Shown: positions 1 through 10,362 of the stretch, piece by piece | How the letters are laid out: every line of letters starts with the position of its first letter | Position numbering within the stretch: position 1 is the first letter of the stretch | Virus record (IMG/VR): IMGVR_UViG_3300023184_005048 | Span: 1 to 55,259 of that record | DNA from: a virus | Lineage: Duplodnaviria; Caudoviricetes | DNA length: 55,259 bases | Reading direction: 5' to 3' (one strand) | Translations under genes and position numbers: made by a program | Notes under the pieces: model-generated | What the model was told of the DNA's origin: nothing | Seen by the model: the letters and a program-made list of their open reading frames with translations, nothing else | Databases searched by the model: none

Positions 1-2
1 TC

Positions 3-563
3 TTAAAAGATGCTCAAGTTAAAAAAGTAAACTTTGTAGAACCAGGTGAAAAAGTTCATAATGGTTTTTATACAGCTTTTAGTTCTGTTAAAGAAGATTT
101 ATATAGTTCTATTAATTTTATTCTTTCTAAGAAATTAGATAAAATAAAATCAGTTGTTATTTGTGGTCATAGTTTAGGTGCTGCTCTTACAGTTATATCA
201 TCTTATATGATTTGTAAAGATTTCCCACAGATTGCTCACTTAGTTAAAAATGTAACTGTTGGTTGTCCAAGAGTTGGTAACTCAACATTCAAGGATAATT
301 ATAATAAATTAGTTCCTAAGAGTATTAGAATAGTTAATGATAAAGATTTAGTTACAAGAATACCTAAAATTGGATTCACACATATAAATGAAGGTATTAC
401 ACTTAATGAAAAAGGAGAAGTAATAACTTATTCTTCACTTAATCCTTTTAGATACTTTGTTGAAATATTCATATCAGATGTTAGTGGTGAAGCCGCTAAA
501 GATCACTTTGTTGATAACTACTTAAAGGTTATAGACAAATGGGATGGAGTAATAAAGAATTAA
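3..563 (+). CDS. Lipase class 3-like alpha/beta hydrolase, 5'-truncated by the window edge
   Basis: Frame of the 207..563 ORF is open from position 3 and reads VHNGFY...VICGHSLGAAL...VNDKDLVTRIP...H (GxSxG nucleophile elbow). Confidence 0.85.
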   Translation, partial: LKDAQVKKVNFVEPGEKVHNGFYTAFSSVKEDLYSSINFILSKKLDKIKSVVICGHSLGAALTVISSYMICKDFPQIAHLVKNVTVGCPRVGNSTFKDNYNKLVPKSIRIVNDKDLVTRIPKIGFTHINEGITLNEKGEVITYSSLNPFRYFVEIFISDVSGEAAKDHFVDNYLKVIDKWDGVIKN

Positions 564-567
564 ACAG

Positions 568-593
568 AAGAGACTTTTAAGTCTCTTTTTTTT
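568..593 (+). terminator. Intrinsic terminator
   Basis: AAGAGACTT-tt-AAGTCTCTT hairpin followed by a T-run. Confidence 0.75.
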
Positions 594-600
594 ATATATA
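593..600 (+). promoter_or_regulatory. Putative late promoter (A/T)ATATATA
   Basis: TATATATA 5 nt before the ATG at 606; the same motif recurs before many genes. Confidence 0.55.
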
Positions 601-605
601 CATTT

Positions 606-1064
606 ATGAAACACCTTAGAAAATTTAACGAGTCTGTTGAAGAACAAATCTATAAACAAGTTCTTGATTCTATAAAAGATTGTTTTCAAGAGTTTGAGGA
701 TAATGGTTGGTATTGGATATCAGATGTATCTTATCCAGGTATATCTGTTTGGCAAAATCCAAACTTTAATTGTAGAATGATGAATAAAGAAGAATCGGAT
801 CCAAGAAACTGGGGTAAAAAAGAAGATAGAAAAGATTTTATTGATTGGACAGGAAAAATAACATCAAATGGTGAAATAGTTTGGGAATCAAAAGATTTAA
901 CAGATAGTAAATTTAATAATATAACAGAAGGTGATTTGATGGAAGAAGCTGAAGATTTCTTAACAGCTGTAAAAAGATTACATGACGAAACTGGACTTGA
1001 TTTTAATTTCTCATATAATAATAGAGGCGGTGAAAGAAGAATAATAATACAAGGTAGAATATGA
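606..1064 (+). CDS. Hypothetical protein with MKHLRKFNE N-terminal tag
   Basis: ORF track; N-terminal motif shared with other genes in the window. Confidence 0.7.
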   Translation: MKHLRKFNESVEEQIYKQVLDSIKDCFQEFEDNGWYWISDVSYPGISVWQNPNFNCRMMNKEESDPRNWGKKEDRKDFIDWTGKITSNGEIVWESKDLTDSKFNNITEGDLMEEAEDFLTAVKRLHDETGLDFNFSYNNRGGERRIIIQGRI

Positions 1065-2377
1065 TAATTAAAAACTATATACAATTTATAAAAGAATCAT
1101 CTGGTTATGAATACGGATGTGTGATGGTTGAAGTTCCTGTAAGTAATTGGGATGAGATAACAAGTTACATTAATCCAGAAGATGTTTATACTGGAGGTGA
1201 TGACACTCACGGCATACAAGAGAATCCACATGTTACTATATTATACGGCTTACATGAAGGTGTAACAGAAGAAGATGTTAAATCTGTATTTGAAGGATTT
1301 ACCGAAAGTATTAACATAGAAGTTGATGGTATTGGTGTTTTTGAAAACAAAGACTATGATGTTGTTAAGTTTAATGTTAACCCTGATGGTGCTCTTCAAG
1401 ATTTACACGATAAACTTTCTGAGTTTCCTAATTCAAATAGTTTCCCAGATTACAAACCACATATAACAATCGCTTATGTTAACAAAGGAACTGGTAAGAA
1501 ATATGTTAAACCAGAATATAAATACACCGTTAAGAATGTTGATAAGATAACTTATTCAATGCCAAGTGGTGAGAAAGTAAATTTCAAATATAATCAAGGT
1601 ATAGTTGAATCATTAAATGAAAATAAGATGTGGTATAAAACTATTCCGCAAATATTAGAATGGTTAGAATCTAAATCTAAAATGCCTTGGTTGTGGATAG
1701 ATACAGAAACAACAGGTTTAGGTGGACCTAAACAACAACAATTAACTCAAGTATCTGCTTTATCAACTGATTATAACTTTCAATCAAATACTTTTAATGA
1801 ATTAGGATTGTTTGATGAGAAGATTAAATTAACAGATGAAACTAAATCTAAATTTAGTACACCAGAAGATAAAACTAAATGGGTGTTAGGATTTAATCAT
1901 TATGGTTCAGGTAAATACAAATATAAAAATGAACAAGAGATATTAGATAAATTTTTTGATTGGACTGGCAATTATGAGCCTTGTTTATTTATAGCACAAA
2001 ATGCTGGTTTTGATATGGCGATGTTGGCTGGTAGATATGGTCATAAAATTAATAATGAAGTATTTGATACTAAGATGTTAATTCAATTATATTATTTACC
2101 ACTTTTACAAGCATTAGCTGAAACAGATTCTAAATATAAAGATATAATTGACTTTATTGGAACATCATCAAGGGATGGTGGATTGATTTCATCTTCTATG
2201 TCTAAAGTAGGACCTGCTCTTGGAATTAATATGACTAACTATCACGATGCCTTAACTGATTGTAGAATTACAATTCAAATGTATCAAAAGATGGTTGACT
2301 TCTTAAAGCAACATCAAGAAGTTGATATTATGAAATATCAAACTGAAAGAATAAAAGTTATTAAGGCAAGTAAATGA
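1061..2377 (+). CDS. 2H phosphoesterase (Acb1/gp57B-like) fused to a DEDDh 3'-5' exonuclease
   Basis: Two HxT motifs (PHVTILY, DYKPHITIAY); C-terminal DTETTG...NAGFD...HDALTD. Confidence 0.8.
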   Translation: MIIKNYIQFIKESSGYEYGCVMVEVPVSNWDEITSYINPEDVYTGGDDTHGIQENPHVTILYGLHEGVTEEDVKSVFEGFTESINIEVDGIGVFENKDYDVVKFNVNPDGALQDLHDKLSEFPNSNSFPDYKPHITIAYVNKGTGKKYVKPEYKYTVKNVDKITYSMPSGEKVNFKYNQGIVESLNENKMWYKTIPQILEWLESKSKMPWLWIDTETTGLGGPKQQQLTQVSALSTDYNFQSNTFNELGLFDEKIKLTDETKSKFSTPEDKTKWVLGFNHYGSGKYKYKNEQEILDKFFDWTGNYEPCLFIAQNAGFDMAMLAGRYGHKINNEVFDTKMLIQLYYLPLLQALAETDSKYKDIIDFIGTSSRDGGLISSSMSKVGPALGINMTNYHDALTDCRITIQMYQKMVDFLKQHQEVDIMKYQTERIKVIKASK

Positions 2378-2643
2378 GATATCTAAAAACATATAAAATA
2401 TTTGAGTGGTCTGAAGTTAGTAATAAACTCCAGAAGGAATTTGAATTTAAAGATTTCTCAGAGGCTCTTAAATTTATAAATCAACTTGCTGAAGTTTGTG
2501 AAGAACAAAATCATCACCCAGAAATAAACTGGGTTTATAATAAAGTGAAACTTACTTTATCAACACACGACGCTGGTGATATTGTTACAGAAAAAGATTT
2601 AAAACTATCAAAGTCAATTGATGAAATACTTAAAAACATATAA
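2374..2643 (+). CDS. Pterin-4a-carbinolamine dehydratase-like protein
   Basis: FKDFSEAL...NHHPEI...LSTHDAG..TEKD signature. Confidence 0.85.
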   Translation: MRYLKTYKIFEWSEVSNKLQKEFEFKDFSEALKFINQLAEVCEEQNHHPEINWVYNKVKLTLSTHDAGDIVTEKDLKLSKSIDEILKNI

Positions 2644-3508
2644 AATATTTGAGTCTAATAGCCAATATGGTATTCACGATTGGATTGAAGATCTTAAATC
2701 TTGGGAGTGGAGTAGACCTCAACAACAATCAGTTAATGAAAGTTCAATGAAAAAGTGGTCTGACCATTTTATTGGTGAAGGTTATTATGATAAAGTATCA
2801 AATCATGTTAATAAAATATTTGAAGCTCTAATCAAAGTTGATGAAGAAGAAATCCATATGAGGATGTATGATGTATATGATCAAATACCTTCATCTAAAG
2901 ATAAGTGGACTATGTGTTGTGTTGCTTATGGTGATGTAGAAAACTATGATAAACCAGATAGAAACAAGTATAATGGCTTAGTCACAGTTAGAAGTAAAGA
3001 TGAAAAAGATAGATTAAGAATAACTATTCATATTCTAAAAGCAATCGTTTCTCCAACACTTTATATTGGTTCTTGGCCCAATATGATGTTAAGACAAAGT
3101 GATGAGAGTTATTATGTAACTGATAAAAAATGGCAATGTCAAAACTTTAATATTGATGATTATTCGGATATTAAAGACGGTGCTGAATTTAATACAGATG
3201 ATTACAAAGGTAGAAAAGTTAAAATCTTTCAACACGATATAGATAAGAAGAAACAATATTCTATTGATAAGATAATTAGTATGTATGTACCAGCTGTTGT
3301 TATTGAGATTGGTAATAGAGATAATTCAATTGCCTCTGGTGGTATTAATCTTAAAAAGATAGAATTAATGATAGATGATGCTTTAGAATCTGTTTTACCA
3401 ACACTTGATTATAAAGAAGTAGTATTTGACAAATCTAGATTTGATAGACAGTTTGATGATAATACAGATATCTATGATTATACTATCAAGATTTTATTAA
3501 ACTTTTAA
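2618..3508 (+). CDS. Hypothetical protein with MKYLKTYKIFE tag
   Basis: ORF track; the tag's coding sequence is nearly identical to that at 2374. Confidence 0.7.
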   Translation: MMKYLKTYKIFESNSQYGIHDWIEDLKSWEWSRPQQQSVNESSMKKWSDHFIGEGYYDKVSNHVNKIFEALIKVDEEEIHMRMYDVYDQIPSSKDKWTMCCVAYGDVENYDKPDRNKYNGLVTVRSKDEKDRLRITIHILKAIVSPTLYIGSWPNMMLRQSDESYYVTDKKWQCQNFNIDDYSDIKDGAEFNTDDYKGRKVKIFQHDIDKKKQYSIDKIISMYVPAVVIEIGNRDNSIASGGINLKKIELMIDDALESVLPTLDYKEVVFDKSRFDRQFDDNTDIYDYTIKILLNF

Positions 3509-3672
3509 TAATTTTTTTTCTATACAAGTGTGGTTTTTATTATAAATTTCACACTTTTTTTATTCTAATAAAATACTTCAAAACAACTCAACAACTTTTT
3601 CAAATCTTAGAATATAAATACTAATCAGATACACAAAGTATTTGATATAAACAAAAAAAATAAAAAGCAATT

Positions 3673-4641
3673 ATGGCAGATTTAGATGATTTATTTAATG
3701 GCGGTTTAGAAAGTAAAATGGACTTCCTTAATGACACGAAAACAAGCAACAACAACGATGGTATTTACCGCGTTGACCTTTCAAAAGTGAAAGACAAAAA
3801 AAGAGGATGGAGATCTTTAGTAAGAATCCTTCCTAATTTGACCAAAGACGGTAAAGTTGGTCAATCAGCAATTGAGAAAATTACTCACTATGTTGATATT
3901 AAACAACCTAAAGAATTAAGCGGTTGGTTTGATTCACCAAAGAACTTCAACGAGAAGTGTCCTTTGACTGATTTGTATTACACCATGCAAAATTCAAAAA
4001 ATGCGATTTTGATTGAGAAATCAAAACAATTAAAGTACTCTAAGAAATACTACTCTTATGTATTAGTTATCGAAGACGAACAACAACCAGAATTAGTTGG
4101 TAAAATTTTAATCTGGCAATATGGTAAAACTATCAAAGATAAAATCATGGCTGAAAAGAATGGTGAAATCTCTGGTGTAGGTTGTAACGTATTTGACTTA
4201 GCAGCTGGTAAAGATTTCGTATTAGTTGTTAAAGAAATCCAAACAGGTGATGAAACATATCCTGATTACAAAATGAGTATGTTCAAACCAGAAGCTACTT
4301 CACTTCCAATTTACTTCAAAGAAAAAGGTGTTTTCAAAAATGCTCCTGTTACTGATGGTAAAATTGAAGCTGGTGTTCAAAGTAAAATTAAAGATTTCTT
4401 ATTAGACCGTGAACACGATTTAGAAGAATTTGCTCCAAAGAAATTAACTGATGAGCAACAAGCTAAAATCACTGAGATTTCAAACTTCTTAACTGGTAAA
4501 GCTTCTTCTTCTTTCTCTAGTCCTAAACAAGAAGCAAAACCATCATCTGATGATTTTGAATTTGAAGACAACTTCGCAAAAACAGCGGCTACTACTGCTA
4601 GTGCTTCTGAAGATGAAGATGATTTCTTCAATGACTTATAA
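3673..4641 (+). CDS. Single-stranded DNA-binding protein, T4 gp32-like
   Basis: VRILP, YYSYVLVIED..PELVGKILIWQYGKTIKDKI, VFDL..GKDF, YPDY, acidic C-terminal tail. Confidence 0.85.
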   Translation: MADLDDLFNGGLESKMDFLNDTKTSNNNDGIYRVDLSKVKDKKRGWRSLVRILPNLTKDGKVGQSAIEKITHYVDIKQPKELSGWFDSPKNFNEKCPLTDLYYTMQNSKNAILIEKSKQLKYSKKYYSYVLVIEDEQQPELVGKILIWQYGKTIKDKIMAEKNGEISGVGCNVFDLAAGKDFVLVVKEIQTGDETYPDYKMSMFKPEATSLPIYFKEKGVFKNAPVTDGKIEAGVQSKIKDFLLDREHDLEEFAPKKLTDEQQAKITEISNFLTGKASSSFSSPKQEAKPSSDDFEFEDNFAKTAATTASASEDEDDFFNDL

Positions 4642-4662
4642 TAGTAACATATTAATATTAGA

Positions 4663-4695
4663 AATAGGAGTTCCATTGGGACTCCTATTTTTTTT
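4663..4695 (+). terminator. Intrinsic terminator
   Basis: AATAGGAGT...ACTCCTATT hairpin plus T-run. Confidence 0.8.
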
Positions 4696-4770
4696 ATACA
4701 TATCCTAACAACTTATTTGAAGTCTTTTATATAATTAAAAGGATAATAATATAAAAAATTAAAATTAAAT

Positions 4771-5703
4771 ATGAGTCTTAGTAATAAAACATTTAAAAAT
4801 AACGCAACTGGTGAAATTGTAAAAGTTATCGATTCTTTTGAAAATATAGCAATTCTTGAAAATAAAGGCAAGGCTGAAGTATCTAAACTTTTAAACCCAG
4901 ATTTATATACTGAGCAAATTGATGTTTCTAGTTTCTTTAATACACAAGGTGCTTATAACAATTTAGCTGAAAAAATTAAAAATATACCAGCTGATAAAAT
5001 CAGAGATGATGTTGCTGGTGAAGTTATGGTTAATGTAGATGGTAGTAGTCAATTTAGACCACAAACAAATGAAAGTGCTATTATTCAAGTTACTGAAGAA
5101 GATGAAAGAGCTGAATTAGCTAGAAAATACGGTGTTACTAATCCACAAAATGATTTGGCTAAACAAAGTGAGGCATTTAATAAATTATTAAATCCAGAGT
5201 CTGAAGAAGTTCAGCAAGTTCAAGTAAATAGAAATCCTGTTCAACAACCAGTTTCTCAACCTTCTTATCAACAACCGGTTCAAGTTGTTGAAGACCCGAT
5301 TATCACAATGTTTAAGAATGTTAAAAGATCTAAAGATTTTTCAATATCTCTTGAAATTAAAAATAAAATTCCTCGTCTAGACTTTATTGAAATGATGGAA
5401 GATTCTTATAATACAAGTATTATTGATTTCTTAGCAGCAGAGTTTACAGATAACTTACTTAGAAATCCTCAAATCATAGAAGATATGATTAAACAAAAGA
5501 TTAAAGAAGTTGTTTATGGCGCTGAAGTTAAAGATGTTAACCCACAAATTACTGATTCGGTTACTCAACTACATAATGAGAAAGCTGAAAAACATGAACC
5601 TCTTACTTGGGAGAAAGAGCCGGTTTTATCAAAAGACCTTGAAACTCCAAAGAAAACTACTACTACTAGAAAACCTAGAGCTAAAAAAGAAACCGCTAAA
5701 TAA
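4771..5703 (+). CDS. Hypothetical protein
   Basis: 310 aa ORF with Q/P-rich linker and basic tail. Confidence 0.7.
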   Translation: MSLSNKTFKNNATGEIVKVIDSFENIAILENKGKAEVSKLLNPDLYTEQIDVSSFFNTQGAYNNLAEKIKNIPADKIRDDVAGEVMVNVDGSSQFRPQTNESAIIQVTEEDERAELARKYGVTNPQNDLAKQSEAFNKLLNPESEEVQQVQVNRNPVQQPVSQPSYQQPVQVVEDPIITMFKNVKRSKDFSISLEIKNKIPRLDFIEMMEDSYNTSIIDFLAAEFTDNLLRNPQIIEDMIKQKIKEVVYGAEVKDVNPQITDSVTQLHNEKAEKHEPLTWEKEPVLSKDLETPKKTTTTRKPRAKKETAK

Positions 5704-6116
5704 TGGTTGATGAAAAATATTTACAAAAAGCAATTTCTATTAGAAGAACATATTTGAAGTTAATCAACAATATGGATCTTTATAGAGCCAGAGCTCTTCA
5801 AGTATCTGAGAGATTAGATGGTACTCTTAAAAAGATAGATGACTATCAAAAAGAGTTAAAAGAAAGTTCTAAAAATCAAAAATTTAACATGAGCGAAACT
5901 GAAATCTTTGAAAAATTATTAAAGATAATTGATGAAGTAGAAGATGAAGGTAAAAGATTAGAAAAGCTAATAGAGCCTATCAACTTAGAAATTGAAAAAT
6001 TAGCTAAGGAAGAAATGGAACTATATCGTCAAATTTTAGATGGACATCCAAATCTAACAGAAAATCAGATAGTAGAAAAAGTACAAGATAGATTAATAAA
6101 AGAGGGCCTTTCTTAA
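5703..6116 (+). CDS. Hypothetical coiled-coil protein
   Basis: ORF track; TAATG coupling to the upstream gene. Confidence 0.7.
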   Translation: MVDEKYLQKAISIRRTYLKLINNMDLYRARALQVSERLDGTLKKIDDYQKELKESSKNQKFNMSETEIFEKLLKIIDEVEDEGKRLEKLIEPINLEIEKLAKEEMELYRQILDGHPNLTENQIVEKVQDRLIKEGLS

Positions 6117-6165
6117 TAAGAAAGGTTTTCTTTTTTAATATATAACCAAAAGATAATCTATCTAA

Positions 6166-8082
6166 ATGGCAAAAATTTCTAAGTTTGTAAAACTAGACAA
6201 AGATGTTTTACTTGAATATATTTATGATGATGGTAACTTAATAAGTGAATCTTATGATATATTAGTTGACTCTAGAGATAGAAGACAATCATATATAGCA
6301 GGTTCTTCATCTATTACCGGCAATACAATGGGTAATCAATTATTTAAAGTTGATTCAGTAACTCAAAAGTATGCTAAAGTAAATCCATCTTATTACTCAT
6401 TTTTACAATTAAAAGAGTATGCTTCTGGTACACCTACTAGACATGATACTATTAAAATTCATGTTCCTATAAACTGGACATTTGGTGAACATTTAGGTTT
6501 TTTTATTAAAGTTTATGGATTTGATACTACAAATACTAGAATATTTGATATATCAAACTTTTACTTTGACATGACTGATGTTAGTCAACAATATTTATTA
6601 AACTTTACAAGTCCACCACTTCTTTTTCAAGAAAAACTATGGGGTAAGAATATAACTATTAATATTCCATCTTTAAGTGATTTAGCTAGTCAAAAGACTA
6701 ACAATGTTCCAAAGGAAAATAGTATTAATGCTAATCTTACAAATGGCGCAGGATTAAATATAACATCTCCTGTTTTTATTGATTTTCACTTTATAGATAA
6801 TATACAAACTGTTAATGGATTAACTGGATATATTTTATCTTCTAAAGTAACAACAACTGTTCCTCAAACTCCTGAGTTTGAAAGATTAGGTTTAGTTGTA
6901 GCCCACTCAATTAATGGTGACTTTTTTGAAATATATGGTGTTTATAATGATACTATTGCTGGTTTTAATCAGTTTATGGATGAATCATTTAATATTGGAC
7001 ACAGATATTATGTTCAATACAACATCACAATGTATGAACAAAATATTAGAGGCAAAACCACAACAGTTACTGTACATGATAACTTTAATGAAACTATTGA
7101 ATATAGACCTATTATTAAGTACTCAACTACAACAGCTATAATAGATGTTGAAATGAGATTAATAGACGCTGTAGACGACTCTTATATCATTAGAAGAGCT
7201 TCTTATGGTATGTTACAAGATGAAGTATCTAAATACTCTCTAAACTTAACTAAAATTAATTTAGCAAATGCTCATAAACCTAAAATTTATAATATTAAAT
7301 CTAATATAGATCCATCATTAGTTGGTATGTCTAACTCAATGGGTAGAATAACTAAGCCTATATCTATAAGTAAAGCAGTGACTGGTAGAGTATCTGGATC
7401 TAATAACAATAACAATAATACACCAATTATTCAAATTGAAACTGTAAAAATTCCTTTTCCTGTTTTGGTTGATAAGTTTAATATAGTTGGTAAATCAGAT
7501 AATGCTTCATTTAATAATACTTTATTTTATGGTATTGGAAAAATGATTATCAATATTTATCCTTTTGACAATATTATCACATTTACTATTGCTAATGGTA
7601 GTGATACTAAACCAGATTTTTTGAATATGACTGGATATGGTGATATTAAATTAACATTCAGAAATGATTCTAAAACTTTTGATTTTCCTCTTTACACAGA
7701 TTCTGGTTCAGTTAATTTAGATCTTGGTCAATTGGCATTTAAGATAACTCAAAATAAATTTATCGATATTAAAAAACTATATGAGTCTGGTATTAATTTA
7801 TTTTATATAACTAGTGATATACAATCGGTTAAATCTGTTGTTTATTCTGGATTATTTAAGATATACGATAGTGCTGCTAATGTCGCTGGTCTTAATCAAG
7901 GTGCGGCTTCTAGTGCTAATCCTGCTATTATTAAAGATCCTAAGTTACCACAAGAAACAGCTGTTGTAACAAGAAGACCTGTTAAACAATCGACACCGGT
8001 GGCTAAGCCAGGTATGTCAAAAAATACTCTAAGTGCTGCTATTACTAGTGTGTCAAGTAAAATAAAAAATAAAGGCTTATAA
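6166..8082 (+). CDS. Putative virion structural protein
   Basis: 638 aa beta-rich ORF after an AATATATA motif (6137-6144), coupled to a tail-tube-like gene. Confidence 0.5.
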   Translation: MAKISKFVKLDKDVLLEYIYDDGNLISESYDILVDSRDRRQSYIAGSSSITGNTMGNQLFKVDSVTQKYAKVNPSYYSFLQLKEYASGTPTRHDTIKIHVPINWTFGEHLGFFIKVYGFDTTNTRIFDISNFYFDMTDVSQQYLLNFTSPPLLFQEKLWGKNITINIPSLSDLASQKTNNVPKENSINANLTNGAGLNITSPVFIDFHFIDNIQTVNGLTGYILSSKVTTTVPQTPEFERLGLVVAHSINGDFFEIYGVYNDTIAGFNQFMDESFNIGHRYYVQYNITMYEQNIRGKTTTVTVHDNFNETIEYRPIIKYSTTTAIIDVEMRLIDAVDDSYIIRRASYGMLQDEVSKYSLNLTKINLANAHKPKIYNIKSNIDPSLVGMSNSMGRITKPISISKAVTGRVSGSNNNNNNTPIIQIETVKIPFPVLVDKFNIVGKSDNASFNNTLFYGIGKMIINIYPFDNIITFTIANGSDTKPDFLNMTGYGDIKLTFRNDSKTFDFPLYTDSGSVNLDLGQLAFKITQNKFIDIKKLYESGINLFYITSDIQSVKSVVYSGLFKIYDSAANVAGLNQGAASSANPAIIKDPKLPQETAVVTRRPVKQSTPVAKPGMSKNTLSAAITSVSSKIKNKGL

Positions 8083-8681
8083 TGAGATTAAGTAGTCAAG
8101 GCAGTCAGTTTATATTTAACCTACCTAGTGATTTCATTAAACAAGAAGTTATTAACACTTATACTCCAATTCTTGAAAAGAACTGGGTACAGTATGAGAA
8201 TGTAATTGATTATGTTAACTCAACTATTAAATCCGTAAACTTCCCAGGTGTTGGTATTGATATGCCAAAACAAGTTGGTATGAGAGGTAAAGAAAGACAA
8301 TTTAAACCAGCTAAAAACGTTCAAGATATTACTTCAACTCATGAATTAACAGTTACTTTTAGATCTGTTGACTCTGACTTAAACTATTGGTTAGTATTTG
8401 ATATTCTAACTAAACATTACTTAGATGTTGAAAATGCGTGGGTTAATCCATTTACAATCACTTGTGTTGATATTCACAGAGACGCTATATATGTAATTAG
8501 ATTCTATGAGATTATTCTTAAAGGTCTTTCTGATAATACATTTAATTACTCTCAACAAAAAGTAAATTCTAAAGAATTTACAATGACATTTCACTTTAAC
8601 TTTTACGATATTGAATTCTTATTGGATAAATCTAAAGTACTTGAATTAGGTGCTTTACCTTCTATTATTCAACGTCTTTAA
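8082..8681 (+). CDS. Tail tube/baseplate-tube-like protein (gp19/gp54 fold candidate)
   Basis: Size and pattern SVNFPG...ELTVTFRSVD..L.Y...LS...F......F.MTF.F. Confidence 0.5.
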   Translation: MRLSSQGSQFIFNLPSDFIKQEVINTYTPILEKNWVQYENVIDYVNSTIKSVNFPGVGIDMPKQVGMRGKERQFKPAKNVQDITSTHELTVTFRSVDSDLNYWLVFDILTKHYLDVENAWVNPFTITCVDIHRDAIYVIRFYEIILKGLSDNTFNYSQQKVNSKEFTMTFHFNFYDIEFLLDKSKVLELGALPSIIQRL

Positions 8682-8892
8682 ATATCTTATTAATAGAGTT
8701 CTTTCTTCTTTTATTTCTATCTGGTTCTAATCCTAAACTTCTTAATATTTCTTTATCTATACTTTTGGCTATTTCATCAGATAACATAGATTGTAATTGA
8801 TCAGCTACATCAAGACCATAATGACTACTTAATTTGTCAGCCTCTGGATTTGAGTATATCTCACCACCGGCTCCAGTTTTAACTTGATTCAT
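8665..8892 (-). CDS. Small protein resembling an internal segment of T4-type major capsid protein
   Basis: HYGLDVADQLQSMLSDEIAKSIDKEIL resembles gp23-type HGLDAE.EL..ILS.EI..EI.REI. Confidence 0.55.
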   Translation of the reverse strand: MNQVKTGAGGEIYSNPEADKLSSHYGLDVADQLQSMLSDEIAKSIDKEILRSLGLEPDRNKRRKNSINKIFKDVE

Positions 8893-9565
8893 ATAATTCT
8901 TTAGGATAATTTTGTTGGTAGTGATTTATATTTGATTGCCAAGCACAACTGTATTTACCATCCGGTATTTGACAAAGCCACATCTCAGCCATTACTCTCC
9001 ATCTCAAATAGTTACCATCTGGTAACCAATTTGACATATTAGGTAAGTTTTTAATATGAGATGACTTAGACCACCAAAAATTACCACTATAATGTAAAGG
9101 AGCTTTGCCGTAACCCCAAGTTGATGGATGATGATTTATATCATCTGGGTTTCCAAAGAAATTAACACCAGAGCAATCATTATCTTCTAAATCTTTTAAT
9201 CTATCTTGCCATTTATTTATATTAAAATAAGATAGTAAATTAGTCCAGTCAATTATTTGTTGATAGCCTGGTTTGGTAACGCCTTTAGTATGTAAGTATA
9301 AAACATTAAAATCTTCTTCTTTACAATGTTGACTTATCAAATCTAATGTTGGAAACTCACACTTTGATATATCTGGATTAGCGTCTATTATAACATATTT
9401 TTCACTAACTAAATTAAATGATAGTTGTTTTCTATCACCATTAAAAACTAAATATATTTTATTAGCAGAGTCATATAATCCACTTTGTTTAATTCTTGTC
9501 AATAAATCCCAAAGAACTTGATTAACAGAGCCAACCATTGCTATATTAATATAAATGTTTATCAT
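8879..9565 (-). CDS. Putative glycosyltransferase-like protein
   Basis: YLHTKG...YSGNFWW...AEMW motifs; lies in the glycan cluster. Confidence 0.55.
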   Translation of the reverse strand: MINIYINIAMVGSVNQVLWDLLTRIKQSGLYDSANKIYLVFNGDRKQLSFNLVSEKYVIIDANPDISKCEFPTLDLISQHCKEEDFNVLYLHTKGVTKPGYQQIIDWTNLLSYFNINKWQDRLKDLEDNDCSGVNFFGNPDDINHHPSTWGYGKAPLHYSGNFWWSKSSHIKNLPNMSNWLPDGNYLRWRVMAEMWLCQIPDGKYSCAWQSNINHYQQNYPKELYESS

Positions 9566-10362
9566 ATTCCATAAAGTTGCTTTTTGTGATCTTCAGGTAT
9601 TTGTACAACTTCACCTTGAATATCATTAAAATATTGTTCTAATACTCTTCTATCACTTGTTCTATTGTGATTACCACCACCGTCAAACTTTTGTTTCCAT
9701 TTAGATCTAATCTCATGTCTTTGGTACATTAATTCAAAGTCACATCTATGTAAATGAATTAAATTCAAACCGTAATCCAAACCTTCTTTATTTTTATAAA
9801 TCTTCTCAAGAATGTTATTTTCATCCCACATATATTTTTCCTTAATAACTCTAGCATAGTGAAATCCCCAAACCCAGTTTAGTTTTACTTTTGAAAGTAA
9901 TGTTTTACCATAAGTCCAAGACTCAAACCAATAGTTTCTATTTATCATTATCTCATCGTTAACGCTAATAGGTGTTTCTCCATTATGTTGTTTTATTTCA
10001 TAACCCTGAGCTGTTAAATATTTGATATCATCTTTTAAAAAGTCATCAATCATCTCATTCAAAGGTTTATTAATACAGTATAATAACTCATCAACCTCAG
10101 CAAAAAGAACACATTCATATTTTTCTAACAAAACTGATTGATAACTTTCAACAGTATTTAAAAGCCATTGGTGGTCAAATGCTAAATCATTAACAACCTT
10201 AGTAACATTAACATCTAAATTTGAAGTAGAACCATCATCACTCTGATGATCTAAAACATAAATATCTGATTTATCAAAATATTTATTAAAATGTTTAATC
10301 CACTTTGGAAGAAAGTAATCTTCATTTTTAACTATTGTATAAACAGCACATTTCTTTTTCAT
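9562..10362 (-). CDS. GT2-like glycosyltransferase
   Basis: TIVKNE..L.WI.H, DHQSDDGS, EVDE. Confidence 0.7.
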   Translation of the reverse strand: MKKKCAVYTIVKNEDYFLPKWIKHFNKYFDKSDIYVLDHQSDDGSTSNLDVNVTKVVNDLAFDHQWLLNTVESYQSVLLEKYECVLFAEVDELLYCINKPLNEMIDDFLKDDIKYLTAQGYEIKQHNGETPISVNDEIMINRNYWFESWTYGKTLLSKVKLNWVWGFHYARVIKEKYMWDENNILEKIYKNKEGLDYGLNLIHLHRCDFELMYQRHEIRSKWKQKFDGGGNHNRTSDRRVLEQYFNDIQGEVVQIPEDHKKQLYGI

